DNA of 64,000 nucleotides from Dehalococcoidia bacterium (GTDB taxonomy: Bacteria; Chloroflexota; Dehalococcoidia; GIF9; UBA5629). How positions within the stretch are numbered: position 1 is the first letter of the stretch; the number at the start of each line of letters is the position of its first letter. A model generated the notes under the pieces. That model made no database searches. It worked only from the letters and a program-made list of their open reading frames with translations, and had not been told where the DNA came from. This document shows positions 8,611 through 17,101 of this stretch, piece by piece. The translations under genes were made by a program, and so were the position numbers. The DNA is taken from positions 28,137 through 92,136 of the forward strand of contig JBEKIW010000003.1 of the NCBI GenBank assembly GCA_050011565.1, given 5' to 3'.

Positions 8611-8661
8611 TTCAGCCCTCCTTTTATTTTGTTTTATTGTGACATATCTAGTACTATCACG

Positions 8662-8677
8662 ATATATCTAGATATAT
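8662..8677. promoter_or_regulatory. perfect 16-bp palindrome; candidate operator of the PadR operon
   Basis: ATATATCTAGATATAT lies about 50 nt upstream of the first gene of the 2TM-PadR-2TM unit, in an AT-rich promoter region. Confidence 0.35.
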
Positions 8678-8831
8678 TATAGAGTGCCTTAGCCGCCTTG
8701 TCAAGAGGTTTTTGGTTGAATTTTTAAATTATTTTTCGCGGCGATTATCTTTGTAATCTGAAACAATCAATGTAATCAATTTTTCATTTTTACTTGTCAT
8801 TTTGATTTTTGCTTTTTAACCTTTGATTTTA

Positions 8832-8965
8832 ACCCCGCTCATTCTGAGCTTGTCGAAGAATCTCTTTATTCTCTCTCCCCTGATGGAGGAAGGGTGGGCA
8901 GGCATCCAGCGAGGATTTACTCCCGCTGGGATATGGGGAAGGAGATAGTCAGAGTGAGGGGGAAA
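8832..8965. repeat. composite intergenic repeat: family C module (8832-8865) followed by a family A element (8866-8965)
   Basis: The core ggcaggcatccagcgaggatttactcccgctgggata is identical to the reverse complement of 25544-25580. Confidence 0.75.
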
Positions 8966-8970
8966 CCATC

Positions 8971-8999
8971 TTGACACCATGCCAGCGCTGTCATAATAT
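8971..8999 (+). promoter_or_regulatory. candidate promoter of the MBL hydrolase gene
   Basis: TTGACA at 8971-8976, with TAATAT after a 17-nt spacer (or CATAAT after 15 nt). Confidence 0.35.
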
Positions 9000-9034
9000 A
9001 GTCATATAGGTACTACTTGGAGGGGGTGGTTCAA

Positions 9035-9715
9035 ATGGCACAACAAAATTCAATGGTAATCCAGATTTCCCTGGGCTGGGCTAATGCCTTTGTCATTCGG
9101 GGCAAGCGCCCGGTGCTGGTCGACACCGGCTATCCCGGCAGCGCTCCCGCCATTATCGACAAGCTCACCCAGAACGGCGTCGACCCCGGCTGGCTCTCCC
9201 TCGTCCTCATCACCCACGGTCATTCCGACCACTTCGGCAGCGCCGCCGAGATTAAGAAGCAGACCGGCGCGCCTGTTGCCGTTCACAAGCTCGATGCCGG
9301 AGCCTTAAAAACAGGTCGAGACCCTTCGCTTAAGCCGACCGGCTTCATCGGCAGGATGTTCTTGCCCCTGCTGGAACGCCGGGGTCCGGCCACAGCGCCG
9401 CCGCTGAAACCCGATATCATCATCGAAGGCGAGCTGGACCTCAGCAAATTCGGCGTTGACGGCAAGGTAATTCACACGCCGGGCCACACTCCCGGCTCCC
9501 TATCGGTCATTTTACCTAACGGCGAGTTCATCGTCGGCGACCTGATTATGCGCGGCATGCTTCGCTTCTGGCAGCCGAACTACCCCTTGTTCGCCGATAA
9601 CATGGAACAGCTAAACAAAAGCCTCAAGCTGATACTTCGCAAAAAACCGACAAAAATCTACTGTACCCACGGCGGCCCCTTCAGCCCCAAAGCCGTCCTG
9701 CGGAAGTTTTCCTAA
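9035..9715 (+). CDS. MBL-fold metallo-hydrolase
   Basis: ITHGHSDHFG motif, with HTPGHTPGS and a C-terminal THGGPF. ATG 9035 is preceded by GGAGGGGG. Confidence 0.85.
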   Translation: MAQQNSMVIQISLGWANAFVIRGKRPVLVDTGYPGSAPAIIDKLTQNGVDPGWLSLVLITHGHSDHFGSAAEIKKQTGAPVAVHKLDAGALKTGRDPSLKPTGFIGRMFLPLLERRGPATAPPLKPDIIIEGELDLSKFGVDGKVIHTPGHTPGSLSVILPNGEFIVGDLIMRGMLRFWQPNYPLFADNMEQLNKSLKLILRKKPTKIYCTHGGPFSPKAVLRKFS

Positions 9716-10128
9716 GCAATGCTGCCTGACATCTACTGTGCTTTGAACATTTCGCTAAATTGTTGTCCTGGCCTTCTATAAGAGGAGCGACTCGCTGGCA
9801 AGGCACAGGCAAGCCAAAAAACTAAGAGGCTTGCCCTTCAGGGATTATGTTCTAACACGACCATTGACACATGCAAAAACATGGCGCATACTAACACTAG
9901 CGATGTTTCTACATGATTTATTAGGGACTCGCAGATGGCTTTGCTTTTTATTTTCCATCGCTACTATACCACTCCTATACCAGGTTTTACATTGACCGGA
10001 TATCACACCTGGAAAAGTCTGGGCGTTGCACTTATTTTAGATGGAATAATCCAAGAAACTGTGGGAAAGGGAATTCCGCCGGTATAACAGGAAATTTCTG
10101 CAATTCATTCTTATTTGGAGGTTGAGTA

Positions 10129-11346
10129 ATGAGATTATCAGATTTTCAATGGGTCCGCAGCAGAAATAGCGTTTTCGGATTGTGTCTATACCTGGTACTG
10201 CTTGGCCTCATAATCGTTGGTGCAGCTGAATCGATAATGCCGAATGACGTCTATTCTGCCGAATCCGCTATGGCCGGGAATAAACCGGTCATCCAAGTGT
10301 TCAAGGCTGAACCCATGGAACTGGATTCCCCCGCTTCGGCCGCCGTATATACCTTCAAGGTGAAGCTCGCCACGAATGTACAGATAAGTGAGGCGGGCAC
10401 TAACATTAAAAACATCAGTAACCCTTCCGGCGCCACCCTTCAAGGGACTGCCAACGGGCTGCCGGCCTCCTCAATACCGACGGATGGCAGCGGTAAGTTT
10501 GTCTGCACCATCGTGGCCAGCAACGAATACGGCACCAATACGGCAGCGCTAGAACTATCTATTGCCGCCAATCTTATACCGGCTGGACAATCAGGGTCGA
10601 CGGATAACCAGACCAAGCCCCGTACACCTAATTGGTTACTTCAGTTTTCCACGCCAAGTACTTCAACTCCGTCGACTGGGTCTAAGACTGGTTCTGAACC
10701 TGTGTTTTTCACATGCCCCAGCAGCTGCGAAGCCTGCCTGAAACCTGAGGACGCAGCCAGCCGTGGGTACACCCAGAGATGCTCCGACCAGCCCTGCTAT
10801 TACTCCCCTGATAACCAGCAAAAGTGGTATTGCTACAGCGAGCCGGAAGGCTGGTGCTGCGCCAATGAAAAAGTCAGCCAGACCACCAAACGTGAATGCA
10901 CCCAGATGGGAGGCTCCTACTGGTCCACCAACCAGAACGAGGCACTACAAGCCTGCCAGCCGGTAGGCTGGTGCTGCAGGGACGGTAATCTATACCAGGC
11001 CACCAAGGATCAGTGTGCCCAGATGGGAGGCTCCTACTGGTCCACCAACCAGAACGAGGCACTACAAGCCTGCCAGCCGGTAGGCTGGTGCTGCAGGGAC
11101 GGCAATCTATATCAGTCCACCCAGGCTCAGTGTACCCAGATGGGAGGCTCCTACTGGTCCACCAACCAGGCCCAGGTCGTGGCAAGCTGCCGTCAGGCGG
11201 CGACGTGCTGGTGCTGCGCGTCCGGCAAGGTCTTTCAGACCACCCAGGCTCAGTGCACCCAATCCGGAGGGGCCTGTTATTCCACCCAATCCCAGGCGGA
11301 CGCAGCCTGCCGTCAGACACAAATACGCACCCCCACCTTAAAGTGA
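10129..11346 (+). CDS. secreted or membrane-anchored cysteine-rich repeat protein (four 39-aa GWCC repeats)
   Basis: N-terminal hydrophobic anchor, beta-rich region, Ser/Thr/Pro linker, then Cys-rich repeats. GGAGG SD. Confidence 0.75.
   Translation: MRLSDFQWVRSRNSVFGLCLYLVLLGLIIVGAAESIMPNDVYSAESAMAGNKPVIQVFKAEPMELDSPASAAVYTFKVKLATNVQISEAGTNIKNISNPSGATLQGTANGLPASSIPTDGSGKFVCTIVASNEYGTNTAALELSIAANLIPAGQSGSTDNQTKPRTPNWLLQFSTPSTSTPSTGSKTGSEPVFFTCPSSCEACLKPEDAASRGYTQRCSDQPCYYSPDNQQKWYCYSEPEGWCCANEKVSQTTKRECTQMGGSYWSTNQNEALQACQPVGWCCRDGNLYQATKDQCAQMGGSYWSTNQNEALQACQPVGWCCRDGNLYQSTQAQCTQMGGSYWSTNQAQVVASCRQAATCWCCASGKVFQTTQAQCTQSGGACYSTQSQADAACRQTQIRTPTLK
10849..11320 (+). repeat. in-frame 117-bp tandem repeat, about 4 units, inside the CDS
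   Basis: cagatgggaggctcctactggtccaccaaccag recurs at 10903, 11020 and 11137 (period 117). Units 1-2 are near-identical at DNA level, and unit 4 is diverged. Confidence 0.85.
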
Positions 11347-11399
11347 CGGTTTCTATTTAGCAGGCCCGGGAAAGTTGGAATAAATATGGAGGTAGTTAA

Positions 11400-13082
11400 A
11401 TGAGGATATCGAACTTCGGAAAGTATCGTTGGGTAGCGGTCTTTTTCAGGTTATGCCTGGTTGCCGTAGTTGCCCTGTCACTGGTTATGGGAGGCATGGC
11501 ACTGAAGGTCCAGCCTGTACACGCTGCTACCGTTATACCTCTTTTTATAACTGCAACATTCCCGGCATGCCAGTCCTGGTCACAGCAACTTACCGTTACA
11601 CCAGCTTGTACTCCATCATTCATTTTCTTTTGGCTGGTGGGGACATTGCCGGGATTTGCAAACCTAAATCCAATTACCGGGGAACTCACATGTTGCCCTC
11701 AACCCACGGATGTTGGCGTCTATAACTTTGACATTATATGCACCGAGATGTATTGGCCCAGTGCGTGTTGGCCTCCCATTCACACGACTATTCCTGTCAG
11801 CCTCACTGTCACACCACCTCTCCCCACTACCCCCCTGACTATCAACCCAACGTTTTATCCGGTAGCCTGGGAGGGCCTACCGTTCTCCATGACGCTGAGC
11901 GCCACCGGTTGCTCAGGAGCATATAGCTGGGGCGCCTTGGGATTACCTGCCGGGCTTTCCGTGACAGACAACGTCCTCGGCATCATCTCCGGCACGCCCG
12001 GCCCGGGCACTTGCGGCACTTATACCGTAACAGTTACTTGTACTGATACACTTATGTGCCCTACAGCAGCATGCTGCCCACCCGTCAGCCGTCCCTTCAT
12101 CTTTATCGTTGATTGTTGGGCTAACTACCTTCCCATCTTTTACTACACTACCGCTTGCGATTTCACGGTCGAAATCGGCTCCGGTCTCACGCAGGGTCAG
12201 ACAAAGGTGTTGGTCGATGGCGCAAATAAGGCCACCCTGGTAGGAGGCCAATCTGAAACCTTTACCTCAGTGCCGTGCGAAAGCCATCTGGTGATGGTAG
12301 ATCAAGCGGTACAGGTCCCGAACTCCAATATGAAGTTCACAGTCATAGGTTCAAATACCAAGACGGTGTCCGATGTAGACAACCATGCCTATTTCGATTA
12401 TGCGCAGGAGGTAAATATCACCACGGCCAGCGACCCGTCCGGAGCGGCACAGCCGCCGGGCACCGGCTATTATGCCATAGGCAGCAATTTCAGCAGTACC
12501 GCGCCGGGCACCATTGAAACCGATATCCAGAACGGTAAAAAGTTGGTCTTCCGGGAATGGAGGCTGCCCGACGGCACCACGCGCCCCACCAGGGACCTGA
12601 TATTCCCCGTCAACCAGGCAGGGACCGTCACCGCCGCATACGATACTTTTTATCAACTGCGACTGACCTCGGATTACCCGGCCATAGACGAGCGCTCCTT
12701 TGAACCCGCAGGCAGCACCGCCACCTGGAACCTGTCGCTGCACGCAGTCCCCTTGCTGGGCTTCTGGGGTTTCCTGGGTGGAGTACAAAGCCCGCTGAAC
12801 GCCAGCGGCAGCCAGCTTATTACCGGACCCACCACCGTAGAAATCCAATGGGGGCCCAACTACACCATGCCCATTGTAGCCATAATAATTGCATTGCTGG
12901 TCATAGCCGGCCTGATCGTTCTCATATACCGCCTCCGGTCAAGGCCTGCCGCCAAAACCGAGGTAAAGGAAGCTACACCTAAGGCTAAAAAAACAGCGGC
13001 TGAAAACTTCTGCCCTAAATGCGGCAACCCTGTCGACAAGGATGCAGACTATTGCAAAAAGTGCGGAAAGAAACTTAAATAG
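11400..13082 (+). CDS. Cys-rich surface protein with putative Ig-like domains, a C-terminal TM helix and a cytoplasmic zinc ribbon
   Basis: Signal peptide ending VHA-A. Motifs LPAGLSV..GIISGTPG..GTYTVTVT (putative Ig type). TM helix IVAIIIALLVIAGLIVLIY followed by CPKCGNPV..x..CKKCGKKL. Confidence 0.75.
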   Translation: MRISNFGKYRWVAVFFRLCLVAVVALSLVMGGMALKVQPVHAATVIPLFITATFPACQSWSQQLTVTPACTPSFIFFWLVGTLPGFANLNPITGELTCCPQPTDVGVYNFDIICTEMYWPSACWPPIHTTIPVSLTVTPPLPTTPLTINPTFYPVAWEGLPFSMTLSATGCSGAYSWGALGLPAGLSVTDNVLGIISGTPGPGTCGTYTVTVTCTDTLMCPTAACCPPVSRPFIFIVDCWANYLPIFYYTTACDFTVEIGSGLTQGQTKVLVDGANKATLVGGQSETFTSVPCESHLVMVDQAVQVPNSNMKFTVIGSNTKTVSDVDNHAYFDYAQEVNITTASDPSGAAQPPGTGYYAIGSNFSSTAPGTIETDIQNGKKLVFREWRLPDGTTRPTRDLIFPVNQAGTVTAAYDTFYQLRLTSDYPAIDERSFEPAGSTATWNLSLHAVPLLGFWGFLGGVQSPLNASGSQLITGPTTVEIQWGPNYTMPIVAIIIALLVIAGLIVLIYRLRSRPAAKTEVKEATPKAKKTAAENFCPKCGNPVDKDADYCKKCGKKLK

Positions 13083-13126
13083 GGCGACAATGATGACATT
13101 CTTTATCCAAGGAGGTTAAATAGAAG

Positions 13127-13417
13127 ATGAATGTACCTGCTATGGACTATATCGGCTGTGGTTTTACCTGGCTTTTTGTGCTGCTCATCCTAGGTGGATA
13201 TTTCTATATCCTGAGCAAGACAGGCAAAAAATGGGTTTTCATGCTTATATTCGCTGCAGCCTGGTTCGTTATGGGCATATCATACATATTTCTCATCGCT
13301 GGTGTAGCTGCGGGTGCATGGTCTATCACGCTCATTAGAACAATCGGATATGTGTTGTTTCTATCAATGATATTGACAGCAATCGCGGAACTGGTAAAGT
13401 TGGGGGGAAAAGAATAA
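13127..13417 (+). CDS. small 3-TM membrane protein
   Basis: 96 aa with an AGGAGG SD. Third gene of the cassette, 44 nt after the previous stop. Confidence 0.6.
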   Translation: MNVPAMDYIGCGFTWLFVLLILGGYFYILSKTGKKWVFMLIFAAAWFVMGISYIFLIAGVAAGAWSITLIRTIGYVLFLSMILTAIAELVKLGGKE

Positions 13418-13427
13418 ATTAGCACGT

Positions 13428-13682
13428 GTGTTGAGTCCGCATAACGCCGGGACATACCCAGGCTTCCTATCGGTGATTCTGCCCGACGGTGAATTTATCA
13501 GCGGCGACCTTATTATGAAGGGGATGGTTCGCTTCTGGCAGCCGAACTACCCGCTTTTTGCCGATAACATGGAACAGCTAAACAAAAGCATCAAGTTGAT
13601 ACTGCGCAAAAAGCCGTCAAAAATCTACTGCACCCACGGCGGCCCCTTCGACCCCAAAGCCGTCCTGCGCAGGTTCTCCTAA
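13428..13682 (+). pseudogene. 3' fragment of an MBL-fold hydrolase gene (duplicate of 9476-9715)
   Basis: Encodes ..LSVILPDGEFISGDLIMKGMVRFWQPNYPLFADNMEQLNKSIKLILRKKPSKIYCTHGGPFDPKAVLRRFS. This aligns with the last 75 residues or so of the intact gene. The similarity continues about 55 nt past both stop codons. Confidence 0.8.
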
Positions 13683-13831
13683 GCAGTGCTTCCTGACATC
13701 CAACGTGCATTGAACATTTCGCCCTTTTGTTGCCTTAGAGGTAAGATATCAAGCCCTCCTGCACCCAAATGGCTGCCCTGATGGGTTTCAAGGATTGACG
13801 CTAGCCAGACTCCGGAATCATCTGCCCTTAT

Positions 13832-14488
13832 CTATTTTAATAACCGTAGCTTCAGAGCAAGCCCTCTATCTTCGATTCCCATTTCTGAAAAGCTTATTTG
13901 CGACGACGATATTATTTTCTGAAATTCCTGCAACCTCACAGACGAGTGAAGCCTTACAAAATACAGGACGAGAAAGGATAGGAACCAGCCGTACCTATCT
14001 TTTAGCTGCATTCTCGCCTCCCTTGTAGTGTCTTGTCTTAGCTCGTAAATCCATGCTTCACCACCAATCTTAAGAACGCGATGTATTTCTTTCAAGCATT
14101 CTCTGGGATTCGCCCAGTGATGAAAACTGAGTGTGCTTACGATTAGGTCAAAATATCCATCCCCATAAGGAATATGCTCTGCACTGCCATACTCAAATTG
14201 AACACGTCCGGATAGTTCAGCATCTTTAGCGTTCTTGCTAGCTATCATCACCATGGCTGAGGAAATATCGATGGCTTTAATCTCAACATTCTGAGACCTT
14301 CGAGCCACCTCAATCGGAACATAGCCAGGCCCTGTTCCTATGTCTAATAGTTTCCCCGACGATACCTTTGAGATAATCTCTCCTGTAACCTCTCGGTAGA
14401 AGTCTTGCATAATTGGGCTTCTAGCCACAATTGTTGAATAGACTTTTGCCCCAGGCTTAGGAATACCCTCGATCTTTAAAAGCTTCAT
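13832..14488 (-). CDS. class I SAM-dependent methyltransferase
   Basis: LLDIGTGPGYV motif I and FDLIVSTLSFHHW. Confidence 0.8.
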   Translation of the reverse strand: MKLLKIEGIPKPGAKVYSTIVARSPIMQDFYREVTGEIISKVSSGKLLDIGTGPGYVPIEVARRSQNVEIKAIDISSAMVMIASKNAKDAELSGRVQFEYGSAEHIPYGDGYFDLIVSTLSFHHWANPRECLKEIHRVLKIGGEAWIYELRQDTTREARMQLKDRYGWFLSFLVLYFVRLHSSVRLQEFQKIISSSQISFSEMGIEDRGLALKLRLLK

Positions 14489-14505
14489 AAATTAACCCAA
14501 GGACT

Positions 14506-14817
14506 TCAATGGGGGACCAGAAACTCACCAAGGCAAAAAACCAGAATATCAAAGCCAATAAAGATAGCTAAAAAAACAAGGATAGAGCGCTCCTTGCTTT
14601 TTATGATGCCGATAAGTCCGGTAACAAAGGCAGCTACACCACAGGTCCCCGCGAGAAACATCGGGACTGTAAGCAGAAGGTTACTGAAGAACGTTTCGCC
14701 ACCCCGCTGTCCGGAAACAACCAGGATGATAAACAACACCAAAAACAGAATGAAAGCCGCAATCAGGCCGACTGACCATTTACCCAAAGAGGTTTTTGGT
14801 AAAACATCTATCCGCAC
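14506..14817 (-). CDS. small membrane protein (3 TM)
   Basis: Hydrophobic 103-aa ORF, 17 nt upstream of the methyltransferase gene on the same strand. Confidence 0.5.
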   Translation of the reverse strand: MRIDVLPKTSLGKWSVGLIAAFILFLVLFIILVVSGQRGGETFFSNLLLTVPMFLAGTCGVAAFVTGLIGIIKSKERSILVFLAIFIGFDILVFCLGEFLVPH

Positions 14818-15000
14818 AATACTATCCTAGAACGTAATTTGATTGAAGTCAATATGTCAGTCAGAATGGGCCGGCATACTTGAGTCCCTGACAGGTTCAT
14901 TCAACTCCTGCATGCATTTGTTTCTTACTTGTCAGAAGCGCGACAGCTCGTTGTTTCGCTTGAGGCGAGCATGACTTGAATAACCCGGAGGGGGTCGCGA

Positions 15001-16563
15001 CTAAGGTCTCCCGGCTTTCTCCACGGCAAGTCCGCAGTTGTTTATCTTTAGCTTTCCGTCATAGAACAGGGCAGCGACGCGGCTCCCCACGATGTGCAAG
15101 TCAGCAAGTGGGTCGCCGGCGACGATAGCCAGGTCGGCCACTTTGCCCGTCCGGATGGAGCCAAACCCCTCTTCCAGCCCCATTGCCTTGGCGCTGCCTA
15201 TGGTGGCCAGGCGCAGGGCATCGGCGCCGGTGAACCGTCTGGCACTTCTATCCCTGTTCAACGTGAGGTCAAACATACCCATCTCGTACTTGATTGCGGC
15301 CGGTGTGCACGGCGGGATGCCGCCGTCGTTGCCACATCCCATCCGGGCAGATTTTTCAAAGAGCAGCCTGAAATTGTGCGTACCGTTGATACCGGCGGTA
15401 GAATAATATCGGTATAAAGCACTGTTATCCATGATGCCAAGCGTCTTCATAAGCCCCCGGGAAAGCCTCTGGTGGCTACCGAGTACGCTACCCCTCAGTT
15501 CGGGAACGAAGAACTCCTCGGCCAGGGCAGCTATGGTTTTGTCCCTATACTCCATTATTTTGAGTACTTCCGGATGGTCGTAAGAGGGATGCCCCTTCAC
15601 GCCCCACACCACGTCATAGGCCACCGACAAGGTCGGCTCCGAGATGCATTTGGCAGCGATGAAAGCCTCTACATCGGCCTCACTGAGGTCGGCATCGCGG
15701 GGAATATGTGCCAGTGACGTTACGCCGGCTTTCACTCCTCGCCGAAATGACGCTACGCTCACCTGATGCATGGTGCTTTTCAGCCCTCTTCGCCGTGCCT
15801 GGTCAGCCAGCGCTTCGAGCTGCCTGGCGGTCATCACAGTATGTGTGGGCTTGAAGTTGACCAGGTTCTCGATTTGTTCCCCGATCTTGATGTACTCTGC
15901 ACCTCGTTCATCGATGGCACGGTCCACCGCATCCCTGACTTGTCGTGCGCCAGCATCCAAAGGAAATACCAGCACCCCGCTTTCGCTCTTCTGATACTCA
16001 ACCACCGGAATGCCCAGAGCCATACAAAAAAATCGCCAGGTAAGGGTAAGTCTAGGCGAAAAATAGTTATTCGGAGGAGTGACCACTACTGCCTGATAGA
16101 TACGCGGGCCCGCTATCTCTCCTCGGGATATCCTTTCTTTCCAAGCGCGTAAGATGCGCAGGTCATCGATCTTACAATCCCTGATGTTGGTAATGCCGTG
16201 TGCCAGGCATTCGGCCATGTTCTTGGCAAGCTGTTGTTGGTGATACTTGTTGCCCAATCTGACATCCTTAATTTCAGGGCTGACTGTGGTTGTGGTATAA
16301 GATGCATGGCAGTGTGTATTAAACATGCCGGGGAAAGCTGCCTTGCCCTGAAGGTCTATGGTGAAGTCGGGTTTAATGCCAGTGGGTTCGCCCGGCATTC
16401 CGGGCATGGCCTTTACCTTTTTCCCCTGAATGATAACTCTGGTTTCCGGTGCGAAATAGCGCCCGTTGATGGCATCGACAAACCTGCCATTCTTCAGCTC
16501 TACCAGGGCATCATCCCCAGGCTCATAATTGTCCACGAAATTGGTCTCAGCATAACCTTGCAT
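15001..16563 (-). CDS. amidohydrolase-family protein
   Basis: FNTHCHAS metal-binding HxH motif and C-terminal GSIRTGKVADLAIV. Confidence 0.8.
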   Translation of the reverse strand: MQGYAETNFVDNYEPGDDALVELKNGRFVDAINGRYFAPETRVIIQGKKVKAMPGMPGEPTGIKPDFTIDLQGKAAFPGMFNTHCHASYTTTTVSPEIKDVRLGNKYHQQQLAKNMAECLAHGITNIRDCKIDDLRILRAWKERISRGEIAGPRIYQAVVVTPPNNYFSPRLTLTWRFFCMALGIPVVEYQKSESGVLVFPLDAGARQVRDAVDRAIDERGAEYIKIGEQIENLVNFKPTHTVMTARQLEALADQARRRGLKSTMHQVSVASFRRGVKAGVTSLAHIPRDADLSEADVEAFIAAKCISEPTLSVAYDVVWGVKGHPSYDHPEVLKIMEYRDKTIAALAEEFFVPELRGSVLGSHQRLSRGLMKTLGIMDNSALYRYYSTAGINGTHNFRLLFEKSARMGCGNDGGIPPCTPAAIKYEMGMFDLTLNRDRSARRFTGADALRLATIGSAKAMGLEEGFGSIRTGKVADLAIVAGDPLADLHIVGSRVAALFYDGKLKINNCGLAVEKAGRP

Positions 16564-16734
16564 TTCTACCTCCCGTCCGAATGGCGTTGCCGATATTGTA
16601 CAATAGCACCAGCCTTGTCACCAATGTGCCGGCCTTGCCTAAGAAGGGCAACTAGCTTCCTTTGGTTGTCTGCGAGCCAGGACTATGCTGCCGATAACGC
16701 CCTACTTGTCAGGACATGGTTGCCCGTTTGCCTC

Positions 16735-17046
16735 TCAACTTCCTAGTTCTTTGCCTGTTATGAGATAGTAAATCAGGCTTGCAATCCCACTCAAGATTGG
16801 TAAACTCAGGACTGAAGCCAGTGTAATTAAAAGTGCTAACTTGACTCTGCTTAGTTTTTTCCTGCGGATTAACCCTATAATAAAAATCACCAGGCCAATC
16901 AGGATGATAGAAAAGCCAATTATATCTGTATCTATATCATAGTATATATACAGAGGGAAACTTAGTATAAAGACGATTACGCCAATACCCATTATAAAAA
17001 AGGACGCTGTTATAAGTTTGCCAAACCTGTTTATCATTTTCCTCAT
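16735..17046 (-). CDS. small membrane protein (3 TM)
   Basis: AT-rich hydrophobic 103-aa ORF bracketed by the 16655/17118 direct repeats. Confidence 0.5.
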   Translation of the reverse strand: MRKMINRFGKLITASFFIMGIGVIVFILSFPLYIYYDIDTDIIGFSIILIGLVIFIIGLIRRKKLSRVKLALLITLASVLSLPILSGIASLIYYLITGKELGS

Positions 17047-17101
17047 TGTTTCCCTCTTTTATGCTCAGTGTTGGTGCTATTACAGAAGACTGCTTGTCAA
17101 A

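Noticed and set aside
10714-10737. CPSSCEAC (C-x3-C-x2-C), which resembles the radical-SAM Fe-S motif
   Set aside because: It sits in the extracytoplasmic part of a secreted Cys-rich protein with no radical-SAM fold context, so it is most likely coincidental.
16198-16746. A 182-aa plus-strand ORF
   Set aside because: It is mostly antisense to the amidohydrolase gene, and its 3' part covers the membrane-protein remnant.
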